Shown: positions 1 to 13,452, numbered from the stretch's first letter. The stretch is DNA of 64,000 nucleotides from Eledone cirrhosa (GCA_964016885.1 OZ024745.1:97836001-97900000), one strand, 5' to 3'. Notes: generated from the letters alone by a model not told the origin. Translations and numbers: made by a program.

Positions 1-10
1 AATCTCTTGG

Positions 11-3000
11 TTCTTCTATAGGTGGCACAGCTCCACTTTGTTCTTCTCTAAGTGACACAGCTCCACATTGTTCTTCTGTAAGTGACACAGCTCCACATTG
101 TTCTTCTGTAAGTGGCACAGCTCCACATTGTTCTTCTGTAAGTGCCACAGCTCCACATTGTTCTTCTGTAAGTGGCACAGCTCCACATTGTTCTTCTGTA
201 AGTGACACAGCTCCACTTTGTTCGTCTGTAAGTGACACGGCTCCACATTGTTCTTCTATAAGTGGCACGGCTCCACATTGTTCTTCTGTAAGTGCCACAG
301 CTCCACATTGTTCTTCTGTAAGTGGCACAGCTCCACATTGTTCTTCTCTAAGTGGCACAGCTCCACATTGTTCTTCTATAAGTGACACAGCTCCACATTG
401 TTCTTCTATAAGTGGCACGGCTCCACATTGTTCTTCTATAAGTGACACAGCTCCACATTGTTCTTCTGTAAGTGGCACAGCTCCACATTGTTCTTCTGTA
501 AGTGGCACAGCTCCACATTGTTCTTCTCTAAGTGGCACAGCTCCACATTGTTCTTCTATAAGTGGCACGGCTCCACATTGTTCTTCTGTAAGTGCCACAG
601 CTCCACTTTGTTCATCTATAAGTGACACAGCTCCACATTGTTCTCTATAAGTGACACAGCTCCACATTGTTCTTCTATAAGTGGCACAGCTCCACATTGT
701 TCTTCTGTAAGTGACACAGCTTCACATTGTTCTTCTATAAGTGACACAGCTCCACATTGTTCTTCTGTAAGTGGCACAGCTCCACATTGTTCTTCTATAA
801 GTGGCACAGCTCCACTTTGTTCTTCTATAAGTGACACGGCTCCACATTGTTCTTCTGTAAGTGGCACGGCTCCACATTGTTCTTCTGTAAGTGGCACGGC
901 TCCACATTGTTCTTCTGTAAGTGACACAGCTCCACATTGTTCTTCTCTAAGTGACACAGCTCCACATTGTTCTTCTGTAAGTGACACAGCTCCACTTTGT
1001 TCTTCTATAAGTGGCACAGCTCCACTTTGTTCTTCTATAAGTGGCACAGCTCCACATTGTTCTTCTGTAAGTGGCACGGCTCCACATTGTTCTTCTGTAA
1101 GTGGCACGGCTCCACATTGTTCTTCTGTAAGTGACACAGCTCCACATTGTTCTTCTGTAAGTGGCACGGCGCCACATTGTTCTTCTGTAAGTGACACAGC
1201 TCCACATTGTTCTTCTATAAGTGACACAGCTCCACATTGTTCTTCTGTAAGTGGCACGGCGCCACATTGTTCTTCTCTAAGTGACACAGCTCCACATTGT
1301 TCTTCTGTAAGTGGCACGGCGCCACATTGTTCTTCTCTAAGTGACACAGCTCCACTTTGTTCTTCTATAAGTGACACAGCTCCACTTTGTTCTTCTATAA
1401 GTGGCACAGCTCCACATTGTTCTTCTGTAAGTGGCACGGCGCCACATTGTTCTTCTCTAAGTGACACAGCTCCACTTTGTTCTTCTATAAGTGACACAGC
1501 TCCACTTTGTTCTTCTGTAAGTGACACGGCTCCACATTGTTCTTCTGTAAGTGGCACGGCTCCACATTGTTCTTCTGTAAGTGACACAGCTCCACATTGT
1601 TCTTCTGTAAGTGGCACAGCTCCACATTGTTCTTCTGTAAGTGACACAGCTCCACATTGTTCTTCTCTAAGTGACACAGCTCCACATTGTTCTTCTGTAA
1701 GTGGCACGGCTCCACATTGTTCTTCTGTAAGTGACACAGCTCCACTTTGTTCTTCTATAAGTGACACAGCACCACATTGTTCTTCTGTAAGTGGCACGGC
1801 TCCACATTGTTCTTCTGTAAGTGACACAGCTCCACTTTGTTCTTCTATAAGTGACACAGCTCCACATTGTTCTTCTGTAAGTGGCACGGCTCCACATTGT
1901 TCTTCTGTAAGTGACACAGCTCCACTTTGTTCTTCTATAAGTGACACAGCTCCACATTGTTCTTCTGTAAGTGACACAGCTCCACATTCTTCTTCTATAA
2001 GTGGCACAGCTCCACATTGTTCTTCTCTAAGTGGCACAGCTCCACATTGTTCTTCTATAAGTGGCACGGCTCCACATTGTTCTTCTGTAAGTGCCACAGC
2101 TCCACTTTGTTCTTCTATAAGTGACACAGCTCCACTTTGTTCTTCTGTAAGTGGCACAGCTCCACTTTGTTCTTCTGTAAGTGGCACAGCTCCACTTTGT
2201 TCTTCTGTAAGTGGCACGGCTCCACATTGTTCTTCTGTAAGTGGCACAGCTCCACTTTGTTCTTCTGTAAGTGGCACGGCTCCACATTGTTCTTCTGTAA
2301 GTGCCACAACTCCACATTGTTCTTCTGTAAGTGACACAGCTCCACATTGTTCTTCTGTAAGTGCCACACCTCCACTTTCTTCTTCTATAAGTGACACAGC
2401 TCCACATTGTTCTTCTGTAAGTGACACAGCTCCACATTGTTCTTCTGTAAGTGCCACAGCTCCACTTTGTTCTTCTATAAGTGACACAGCTCCACTTTCT
2501 TCTTCTATAAGTGACACAGCTCCACATTGTTCTTCTGTAAGTGCCACAGCTCCACTTTCTTCTTCTATAAGTGACACAGCTCCACATTGTTCTTCTGTAA
2601 GTGACACAGCTCCACATTGTTCTTCTATAAGTGGCACAGCTCCACATTGTTCTTCTGTAAGTGACACAGCTCCACATTGTTCTTCTATAAGTGACACAGC
2701 TCCACATTGTTCTTCTATAAGTGGCACAGCTCCACATTGTTCTTCTGTAAGTGACACAGCTCCACATTGTTCTTCTGTAAGTGCCACAGCTCCACTTTCT
2801 TCTTCTATAAGTGACACAGCTCCACATTGTTCTTCTGTAAGTGCCACAGTACCACTTTCTTCTTCTATAAGTGACACAGCTCCACTTTGTTCTTCTATAA
2901 GTGGCACAGCTCCACTTTGCCCTTCTATAAGTGCCACAGCTCCACATTGTTCTTCTGTAAGTGACACAGCTCCACTTTGTTCTTCTGTAAGTGACACAGC

Positions 3001-4366
3001 TCCACTTTCTTCTTCTATAAGTGACACAGCTCCACATTGTTCTTCTGTAAGTGACACAGCTCCACTTTCTTCTTCTATAAGTGCCACAGCTCCACATTCT
3101 TCTTCTGTAAGTGCCACAGCTCCACTTTGTTCTTCTATAAGTGACACAGCCCCACTTTCTTCTTCTATAAGTGACACAGCTCCACATTGTTCTTCTGTAA
3201 GTGCCACAGCTCCACTTTGTTCTTCTATAAGTGACACAGCTCCACTTTCTTCTTCTATAAGTGACACAGCTCCACATTGTTCTTCTGTAAGTGCCACAGC
3301 TCCACTTTCTTCTTCTATAAGTGACACAGCTCCACTTTGTTCTTCTATAAGTGACACAGCTCCACTTTCTTCTTCTATAAGTGACACAGCTCCACTTTGT
3401 TCTTCTGTAAGTTCCACAGCTCCACATTGTTCTTCTGTAAGTGGCACAGCTCCACTTTGTTCTTCTGTAAGTGGCACGGCTCCACATTGTTCTTCTGTAA
3501 GTGACACAGCTCCACATTGTTCTTCTCTAAGTGACACAGCTCCACATTGTTCTTCTATAAGTGACACAGCTCCACATTGTTCTTCTGTAAGTGACACAGC
3601 TCCACATTGTTCTTCTGTAAGTGACACAGCTCCACTTTGTTCTTCTATAAGTGACACAGCTCCACTTTGTTCTTCTATAAGTGACACAGCCCCACTTTCT
3701 TCTTCTATAAGTGACACAGCTCCACATTGTTCTTCTGTAAGTGCCACAGCTCCACTTTGTTCTTCTATAAGTGACACAGCTCCACTTTGTTCTTCTATAA
3801 GTGACACAGCTCCACTTTGTTCTTCTGTAAGTGCCACAGCTCCACTTTGTTCTTCTATAAGTGACACAGTTCCACTTTGTTCTTCTATAAGTGACACAGC
3901 TCCACTTTGTTCTTCTGTAAGTGCCACAGCTCCACTTTGTTCTTCTGTAAGTGCCACAGCTCCACATTGTTCTTCTATAAATGCCACAGCTCCACTTTGT
4001 TCCTCTGTAAGTGCCACAGCTCCACTTTGTTCTTCTGTAAGTGACACAGCTCCACTTTGTTCCTCTATAAGTGACACAGCTCCACTTTGTTCTTCTGTAA
4101 GTGACGCAGCTCCACATTGTTCTTCTATAAGTGACACAGCTCCACTTTGTCCTTCTATAAGTGCCACAGCTCCACATTGTTCTTCTGTAAGTGCCACAGC
4201 TCCACATTGTTCTTCTGTAAGTGACACAGCTCCACATTGTTCTTCTGTAAGTGACACAGCCCCACTTTGTTCTTCTGTAAGTGACACAGCTCCACTTTGT
4301 TCCTCTGTAAGTGACACAGCTCCACTTTGTCCTTCTATAAGTGACACAGCTCCACTTTGTTCCACT
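11..4366. repeat. 30-bp minisatellite, consensus ~AGTGACACAGCTCCACATTGTTCTTCTGTA, about 145 units
   Basis: Direct tandem repetition with a few recurrent variant positions; one 1-bp phase shift near 645. The 1249/1250-aa ORFs are its translation. Confidence 0.98.
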
Positions 4367-5142
4367 GTTCGTTATCCAGAACATCTTTAGTTCTCAGCTT
4401 GGATTAAGCTATTCCACCACCACGCTTTGCAAACTACATTCACAGAAAAACGGTATGTGGTACGGTACAAGCAATCTATCTCTATCCATAATCTTTTCAT
4501 ATAGTGTGATACTTGGTTGCGCTTACAGTCCTTTAAACACTCTGCAGGCGTTATCTAATAGTTTGATGAAACTTCACCATAATACTAACATCGTAAAACG
4601 AACAGCACGCTCTTAATTACTTCCACAAACCACTTACTAGAGCAGTTCTGTAAGTTAATCTACTTTCAGGTCACGGGATCTGGAGTAAAGAAGCACACAG
4701 GAAAGAGCAGACGACAGAATTATCCACCAAATTAGACCTGATATTAAGAATAATACACATCTCTTACCAAGAATATATCAACCACATCATAGACAATACA
4801 TAAATGTAACTATAGATAGATACACAAACTACTTTCAGTGATATACGCTCTTAGGGTTTAAATCATTTCTCCATCGATTTCCGAACAAATATCATTTATA
4901 CAAACACTTGCAACAGAAGGATTATACCTCTTAACTTCGCTTCTCAGTCTCAAATGACACATAAACTCCTTCTGTTTAGATTGAAGAATTTCTTACTGGA
5001 TTATAAATATAATCAGTCATTTCAAGATGGTTGCCGTCAAAAGAAACCGCAAGCATGCACGTACGCGCAATACACGTACACATACACGCGCGCACTCGTG
5101 CGAAATACACACACACATAAAAGCAAACACACACACACACAT

Positions 5143-5174
<32 letters not shown>

Positions 5175-5183
5175 ACGCACACG

Positions 5184-5217
<34 letters not shown>

Positions 5218-5547
5218 GCATATATATTAGCATTGTGATTTGGAGGATAAGATATTTAGATCGAAACAATAACTACAGAGTATCCAAATGAGTGTGTGCG
5301 TGTGTTTGAATATATGTATGTATATATATAATTATCCACACACACATATCTACGTATATATATATAAGAAATAAATAGCGTTTTTTACAAAATAAAGAAG
5401 TTATAAAGATAGGTGGAGTTAAACACAGCTCAAAATGGAGTAGTTTATTATAAAAGCAATACAGAAGGCTATGTATCATACCCCTTTGAAAGAATTTTTC
5501 AAAAAGCATTTAATGTATTAATTGTATTTGGTATCTATTTTAATGAA

Positions 5548-6312
5548 TACAAGCAGTGGTACCCGGCGTTGCATGGGATAAGGTATTTTGAAACGCGGGC
5601 CGCCAACAGACCTAATCGTGGAAAAACTGCATGCCTGGACAATATGTAAAGAAAATAAACCGAATACTCTGATGGCTGGATAATCTTTAAGATTTTCCTC
5701 GATGAAGCAGGAAAAATACAGGTTTTCACCTAATACTAGGGGATCAAAAAAATGAATTTTTTTTATGTGCATAATATGCCTTAAAATTTAGGCAAAATCG
5801 GCTAGACGTAACGCCTCAAAAACCCCCTAAAAATCTGAAAAAAACGCAGTTTTTTAACTAATGCAGGCCCTAGGGGATAAAAAAAAGTTGAATTTTTTAT
5901 GTGCATAACACTCCCTGAAACATAAGTAATACACATATGGAGTTTGAAAAAAGTCGGTTGGGTACTTCTCGAGTTTTAGGGATTCAAACTCACAGATACA
6001 CACACACACACAGACAGACATCAGGGAAGTGACGTAATGCAGACAGCCAGACATACAGACAGATATTATAAGGGCGCGACGTTATATGTATGCATCTATC
6101 TAAAAAGAGAAAGACTAAGAATTATAGAGAGAGATCGCTAAATCGCCTAATGTGGTCCCCAGGGCATTGAAAATTTGAAACTTTGTTTGCTCAGAACACT
6201 CCATGAAACATAAGTATTACATGAGTAAAGTTTGAAAACAGTCAGTTGGGTGGTTCTGGAGTTTTAGGGATTCAAACTCACACACACACAGACAGACATC
6301 CTCAATTATATA
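5548..6312 (+). mobile_element. Probable non-autonomous Helitron/Helentron-like (HINE-type) element(s) with duplicated 3' part
   Basis: 5' TACAAGCAG..ACCCGGCGTTGCATGG motif; 3' ACAGACAGACATC..ATTATATATAT end. Segment ~5905-6022 recurs at ~6195-6300. Family call rests on remembered terminal motifs only. Confidence 0.4.
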
Positions 6313-6339
6313 TATATGTGTGTGTGAGGGGTGTGTGTA

Positions 6340-6538
6340 GATTCCGAGTGAAATCGGAGGTAACCACAGAAAATAAGGTACTCAATACATGAGTAGTGTG
6401 AGAACAATTTAATATAGAAATAGGCCTCATCAGGACTAGAACGCTTTCATTCGTGTTAAATCATCAATATTCCTGATGATTTCATACGAATGAAACAGTT
6501 CTAGTCATGTAGAAGCCATTTCTATATTAAATTTCGTT

Positions 6539-6540
<2 letters not shown>
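6340..6540 (-). mobile_element. Penelope-type pLTR remnant with imperfect inverted repeat carrying hammerhead cores
   Basis: Arms ~6406-6466 and ~6473-6533 are reverse-complementary and each has (C)TGATGA..GAAA. Tail motif GTACTCAATAC is shared with the hairpin family (GTATTGAGTAC). Confidence 0.55.
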
Positions 6541-6580
<40 letters not shown>

Positions 6581-6582
6581 AT

Positions 6583-7273
6583 CTAAGGCGGGTAAAATTC
6601 CCGAGATCCATGGACGAGTTCTCTCCAGCGGTCTCTGTCCCTCATTATCGCTGCCATATCCTGCATCTCCAACAGACCAGTGTCTGTCCTTAGGGCATCA
6701 ACATATGTTAACCTTGGTCTTCCTCTTCTAGTGTGTCCATGTAGGGGCTCCCAAAGGAGCACTGAGTGCAATGTCAACTCTGGATGTCGGTGAGCATGTC
6801 CAGCCAACCTCAGTCTCCTCTGTGTCACCTTTGAGCTGACTTTTGGGATGCTCCCATACAGCTCTGAGTTTTTCATCCTCAGTGTATACTGATTAATGTT
6901 CAGAGCCATCCTCAGCATTCTCGTGTAGCACCCATCCACCATCTGAGAATGAATGAGACTAAAACAAAATATCTGGTGGAGAATGTTGAGAAGCCAGAGG
7001 GGATCACTAATGTAGGCGGGAAGCCGCTGGAATTGGTTGAGGACTTCCTGTATTTGGGAGCAAAGATTGGGAATACGGAAGATGATGTGGTTGGGAGGAA
7101 GAGCAAGGCCTGGGCGGCGTGTCACAGCTTGAGATCGGTGTGGAAGTCGGACCTTCGTAGAAACCTGAAAATCCGCCTCTTCATTGCTGTAGTGGAGTCT
7201 GTGCTGCTGTACGGGTCTGAGACTTGGACACTGACCAAGAGACTCACTCAGATGGTGGATGGGTGCTACACGA

Positions 7274-7277
<4 letters not shown>
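6583..7277 (-). mobile_element. 5'-truncated, 5'-inverted RTE-clade LINE fragment in (TA)n
   Basis: Minus strand 6583-6947 encodes the RT C-terminus (RRLRLAGH..RGRPRLTYVD..RDRWRELV). Plus strand 6949-7277 encodes the immediately upstream RT part (FLYLG..SVLLYGSETWTLTK). A 31-bp segment is present in both (6917-6947 and 7247-7277). Confidence 0.88.
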
Positions 7278-7343
<66 letters not shown>

Positions 7344-7603
7344 ATGTAGCGCGCGCGTAACAATAACAGTATATATAGGCACGCACCCACACCCGTAGGA
7401 CACAAATAAACATATAGTTGTATGTAATAATATTAACGATAGTCAGAACAACAACAACAACAATAACAATAGAGAAAACAACAACAATACATCTAACAAT
7501 CATAACAATAATAATAATGTTAATGGTAGGAACAACAACAACCATAATAACAATAATAGCTGCACACACAACTATGACGATAGATATAATGACAACCCCT
7601 TAG

Positions 7604-9617
7604 AGAAACTATTCTTCAACCCAGCTGACAAAACTTATAAGATGAGTAAAATGTATTCTACTAAGTTACCCTTTAATAAAAGAGTTTGCATACCACAACA
7701 AATAGATGACGAGACAGAGGCACAGTTCACCATAGCTAGAAATAAGATTAGACAAATAGTAGACCGATATACTAAGAGGCAAAGTAGACCAGAGGTCCAA
7801 CAATGACATACCACCCTTGTATGGGCTCCGCAAAGACCATAAGACAGTCGACGATCCGACAACAGGACCACCAACAAGACCTTTATGCGGAGCCAATATC
7901 GCTAGCAACTACAGGTTCTCCTACTTCCTCTCAATGGTTATACGTCCCATAATTAAGATGTCCCCAGATGTATGTGACAGTACAGAGGACCTCCTCAGCA
8001 GAATCAATGAGTGCAACAAAAACAAAAACCTATCCAACTGCATAATAGGCAGTATGGATGTAGTATCACTGTACCCCTCCATTAACATTGATTTTGCTGT
8101 GGAAAAATGTGTGGAAATAATCAGTGGGAGCGAGGTGGAGTTCTGCGACGTCGACACAGATGAACTGGGCCTCCTACTTAGACTTACCTATGACACCGAG
8201 TACCTAGACAGCCATGACCTTAGCCGTTTCTGCCCCAGTAGACACATAAAAGGTAGACCCCTCCCACCATAACATCAATGGCAAAAAAGACTCCCATGGG
8301 TAGGTGGATTGGGTGGACCAAAGCCATACGGACACCCAAAAACAATGATCGGGTGAGAAAAATGGTCGCGCATGAAATAGGAGCTAGTATTAAAACTACC
8401 TTAAAGGGCCATATATTCAAATTCAATGAAAAGATCTACACCCAAAATGAGGGAGCAGCCATTGCGTCAGCATAGCTGGTGATGTTGCCAACCTTTTTAA
8501 AGTATGGTGGGAAAGGAGACTCAAAGATCTCCTTGAAGAGAACTCCATAGACCTCATCATGTACTCTCGTTACGTAGACGATATTAATATAGTAATAAGG
8601 ACACCCCCACAAGAGAGTACTAACAAGTATGATTTAGAATATAGCACAATGGAAAGCATCCAGCAGATAGTTAACTCCGTACACCAGAGTATAACTGTAA
8701 CTATCGACTACCCTTCCAAACACCCTAACAATAGACTATCTGTATTAGTCACGGAACTCTGGATTAACACTATAGACGAGAGGTCCCAAATTCTCCACCC
8801 ACACTACGTGTCCCGATTGTGCGACCCAACAGAAATGGAAAGACACATCCAACACTTCATCAACCGCATGCAGTTTTCTGGCTACAACCAAAGAGACAGA
8901 ATCAGAGTATACAAAGGAGCCACGGAGAAGTATAAGACCCTCATAGAACTGGACATGAAAGGAATTTTCCCATTATACAGGAGGAAATCATGGAATAGCT
9001 TAGATAGGACTAAACATAAGATAGGGAAAGCCACCTCATGGTACGACAATCAGAGATACCAGAGTGTCATGTTCGTGCACGCTACCCCTGGAGGGAAATT
9101 AGCTACCCAATGTAGAAAGGCCCTGAGAAAGATCCACTTAAAGATTAAAGTGGTAGAAAATCCAGGAACTACCATGAAATCCCTGATCAGCAAAACATAG
9201 CCTTTTAAGAAAACCCACTGTACTAATAGGAAATGTATTATATGTAAAGTAAACCTCCGGATAAACTGTAAAACTAGAAATGTAGTCTATAGCATAAGAT
9301 GTACAGAGGGTACTTGCAGAAACATGACAACAACATACATAGGTGAGACAGCTCGAAGCATAGGAGAAAGAATAGAAAAACACTGGGGGGAATTAAAAGG
9401 ACAAAAAAAAAAACGGTTCAGTATTATACGAACACGCCAGACAGCAACATGGCGGTAACATAGACAACATAGAAATTAAAATAATATAGAAATGACCCAA
9501 CAGGTAGGCAAATCAGAGAAGCAAGCGAAATAGAGCTTAGAAAACCAAAGCTAAATAGAAAAAAATGAATGGAATAACAACAGCACACAAACAAACAATA
9601 CTGACTTAAGAGAAATA

Positions 9618-9648
<31 letters not shown>

Positions 9649-10089
9649 ATATATACACAACCACAATAACAGCAAACACATATAAACACACACTAATAAA
9701 CTAAAATAGAATACAATAACCAAAACACAGTCACACCAAACACTATACACACACGCAAACGCATGCGTAGAGACGAAGACAAAAATAAATAAATAAATAA
9801 ACAGATAAAATAAAAATGGCGTAGACATACAATAGAACAGGAGGAAACATAATAGTACCACTGATGATGTTGCAGATGTGCAACGAAAGAACTTTGTTAG
9901 ACTATATATATGTATTTATATCTGTATTTTTGACCGTTGGTCAGTCAGTGATAAACATTGATGACCAAATGAATTAACTGTGGAGACATAAAAAGATGCA
10001 GAAGCGAAAACCAACCAAACAGTGAGTGTGTTCCGTCATTGTTTCTGGCAATATTATTACAACAATGTGACCCTCCCCAAGTATAACAA
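7604..10089 (+). mobile_element. Decayed Penelope-like retroelement (RT + GIY-YIG endonuclease, 3' pLTR)
   Basis: Frameshifted motifs YGLRKDHK, RPL, GSMDVVSLYPSI, FKFNEKIYTQ..G, YSRYVDDI. GIY-YIG region CKTRNVVYSIRC..YIGET.RS..ER..H at ~9265-9385. Hammerhead core at 9861. Confidence 0.9.
9856..9899 (+). ncRNA. Minimal type I hammerhead ribozyme (degenerate) in Penelope pLTR
   Basis: TACCA-CTGATGA-T-GTTGCA/TGCAAC-GAAA-GAAC-TT-TGTTA. Stem II is perfect; stem I has one mismatch. Confidence 0.7.
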
Positions 10090-10098
10090 TATATATAC

Positions 10099-10197
<99 letters not shown>

Positions 10198-10524
10198 AAG
10201 AGAGAGAGATATGGGGAGAGGTTCAGATAGAGAGAATACAGCAGCATTGTAAAGGCTGGAGGTGTAGTATACCGGATCCTTCGAGGCCTGTAAAACAAAA
10301 ACAAAACTGCACTTCCCATGTGTGGAGGGGACCGATGTGGTATCTGACAATAACAATTATATTCACATCGACGCCCATCAACTTCTCTAAAGAAAAACAA
10401 ACAAACGTTGTCTTTGTAACATGGAGCATCCACACTCTTCCTGCTTGTGTAAGGTCGCAAGAAGTTAGTCACAAATTTGCCAGACACACATGTAATATAT
10501 TAGGGTTGGCTATAGTTAGGTGAG

Positions 10525-10850
10525 TTGGATTTCGTGAGCGTCGGCGGCCCATCTGAGGAGGGAGCCCCGCGAGGTTGGGTGGCTGTTGAAGCAGGTGTCT
10601 CTGGCCATCGTCCGCGGGAATGCTTTTGCCGTCTTGTTCGCGGGGCGCAGCATTTCTGCCCTCTTGCCCCAGACCCAAAGCCTAATCACCCTCCCCTTCA
10701 CCCCTCCCCTCTCTTTTGCCACACCAGAGCTCTTGCCATCCCCTCCCCTTCCCGTTTTCTTTTTCTTTCTTTCTCTCTTTTTTCTCTACATTTTCCTCTT
10801 CTTTCTTTCCTTTTGTCAATAGAGGCTGCAGGTTTTCTGTCCTAAACCTT
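10525..10850 (+). mobile_element. 3' fragment of a CRE-clade non-LTR retrotransposon
   Basis: Frame reads ..REPREVGWLLKQVSLAIVRGNAFAVL, matching the CRE C-terminal EPRE.W..Q.LS.A..RGNA motif. A pyrimidine-rich 3' region follows. Confidence 0.6.
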
Positions 10851-10934
10851 CTAGAAGAACATATAAACTTCTTGACCGACAAAATCAAGTAAGTATTTCA
10901 TGAATCAGCTTTAAATGTGTTGTAGAAAAGAATA

Positions 10935-11758
10935 AAGAAAAAATAAACATGGGTCACTGCTGACATCCTGGACCTATGTGGTTTAAGATGGGACCTGAAG
11001 ATAACCAAATTAACTGCTCAAGACTTTGCTAGAATTAGAGAACCACTAGTCTATTTAACTACCCCCTTAAAGGACTGATAGATAGACTTAAATGGAAGGT
11101 AAAAGAAATCCCTGCGGAAGAAGAAGCAGGTTTCAGACGAAAAAAAAAAAAGAGCACAGTTGAGAAGTTATTTAACATTAGACATCTTGAAACATATTTA
11201 ACACCATATATGACTTCTATCAAATAAACGTTTGACTGTGTCTAGCAAAGGGGTTTGTGGCAGCAATCTGATCCAATTGATCCATGCACTGTATGGAAAC
11301 TCAAATAGTGAAGTTCTCTCGAGTAACAACACCGATAATTTCTTCGAGACAACAATTGGAGTTGGCCAAAGCTGTATTTCGGTGTTTCTCAACATCGTCC
11401 AGGAAGACGATGTTGAGAAACACCGAAATCATAATGCAAAAAAAAAACAAAAAAAAAACAAAAAAAAAACAAAAAAAAAAAACATTACGTGACTCCTACA
11501 TATACATTAATATTAGAGGACGGATATATATTCCGCCACATCGCCCTATCAAAAATCATTTTACTGGGAAAAGATGAGAAGATAACACTGACAAAGAAAA
11601 TCGTAGTCTGACAACATTAAGGGCTGAACAGGCTTCCAAACTGCGATTCTTCTACGTTTGATGGAGAACAGAGAACAAAGGTGACTGTTGACTGACAGAA
11701 CGGCTTGAATGGGGCCTCAACAATTGGTTGCACCATTTATAGGAAGATGATGATAATG

Positions 11759-11760
<2 letters not shown>
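10935..11760 (+). mobile_element. Heavily decayed RTE-clade LINE remnant
   Basis: Fragments WVTADILDLC, EEEAGFR..STVEKLFNIR and IHALY..FFETTIGVGQ.C; ends in a (GAT)n-like tail. Confidence 0.65.
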
Positions 11761-11806
<46 letters not shown>

Positions 11807-11840
11807 TATAGGAATAACCAAAGAGTGCTTAGAAATACAT

Positions 11841-11904
11841 TGTTTTATTAGCTAACAGTGTTTCATCCATACACCATGGCAGGAATCATCAGAGCCTATA
11901 AACA
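11841..11904 (-). ncRNA. Minimal type I hammerhead ribozyme (degenerate), probable pLTR remnant
   Basis: Minus strand TGTTTATAGGCT-CTGATGA-TTCC..GGAT-GAAA-CACTG-TT-AGCTAATAAAACA. Stem I is ~11 bp; (TA)n lies ~40 bp downstream. Confidence 0.62.
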
Positions 11905-12049
11905 TGAGTATATCAGTAGTTGCATGCTCCATCGATCCATCGAGCTGCGTCACCAGAACAAGGTTAAAGGACCAGCAGGGGGGTCCCGAGGTCAGCGCTA
12001 TATGGAAAAAGACAGAATACATGATGCACATAATGTCATAAAATGTCTT

Positions 12050-12212
12050 AAAAAATAAAAAATAAAAAATAAAAAATAAAAAATAAAAAATAAAAAATAA
12101 AAAATAAAAAATAAAAAATAAAAAATAAAAAATAAAAAATAAAAAATAAAAAATAAAAAATAAAAAATAAAAAATAAAAAATAAAAAATAAAAAATAAAA
12201 AATAAAAAATTA
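12050..12212. repeat. (AAAAAAT)n heptamer array
   Basis: Direct repetition. Confidence 0.95.
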
Positions 12213-13119
12213 AAAATTACACCAAATATTTATCACTTAAATGGTGCAATAGATGATAAAGAGGTTGGGAGAGGGTAGCAAGGGATGAGTGAAGGTATTA
12301 CTCAGCATGATCAGAAACAATAAGAAAAAAAAATAATAATAATAAAAAAGTACAAAAATACAGGGATAAGAAAAGAGTTAAATATAAAAATACAAAATAA
12401 TAAAGGAACAAAAAGCCCGGAAACCCTAAAAAAATATAAGACAAAGCAAAGCATAGATGCATCAAAGCACAAGCAGTGCAAAAAGAGGGTGTACAGGCAG
12501 ATCAAGAGAGTTTGCAAGCATGAGTCTGTGAAAAGAATAGTTGGTTAGCAGTGGTGCAGCCTTACATGTATGATAGTCCATATGAGGGATGGTGTACTCC
12601 AATTATATCGCCTTGTAACAGGTCGATTCTCCTTATCATATCCACACCCTACGAACCACATCGATATGTTCTAGTTCCGAACGTTAAGTGAGATAACACT
12701 ATTTTTCAAAAACCTATAACCAGGGGATTTATCACCATAGGCGGTTTGGGATATACACCTAAAATCTAAAATAAAAAATAAAAGAAAGTACGACGAGTTA
12801 AAGAGATGTACATAAATGTACACAAACATACCAAAAACATATCTCTACCTCCTGGGGTTTCATTCGCTTTTTGGAAATATCCGATTATGGATAAATCAAC
12901 GAGTTTCGAAATCATCAGGAGACAAACTCAATTGGACAAAGATTTTTCTTAAATGATCCCCGCCAGAAACGAATTCAAAATGGCTAAGAATTGCCACATG
13001 GCCACTGGTCAAGTCAGAAAGCTTGTGATTGGTGCCTGACGGCGAGTAGGTTGGTTGCTAGAAAGCGCAGCCGAATACTGCCTAAAGTTTTACCAACCTT
13101 ACGGGAGTATATAAAATAT

Positions 13120-13149
13120 AGAAGTTTACATACACATAAACTAGACAGA

Positions 13150-13193
<44 letters not shown>

Positions 13194-13389
13194 TTTGGCA
13201 ACCATTCACGGTGTGGCTCAATTTATACTTATAGCCTCGTTTAAATGATTTTTTATGTAGTTGATTATGCTGATTGGGAGAAGAAATACTGTATATATTC
13301 TATGGACTTACTTTCTTATATATTGCTCTAACTGTTGATTATTTAATTAATTAATTCGTCATTGAGCCACACCGTGAATGGTTGCCAAA

Positions 13390-13429
<40 letters not shown>

Positions 13430-13452
13430 TCTGTCTAGTTTATGTGTAAGAA

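Noticed and set aside
616-4390. 1249/1250-aa ORFs as genes, or the array as CRISPR
   Set aside because: Open on both strands only because the 30-bp unit lacks stops in those frames; no unique spacers and no cas genes.
12890-12925. Minus-strand CTGATGA-TTTC-GAAA as a hammerhead
   Set aside because: Stem II is too short and there is no convincing stem I.
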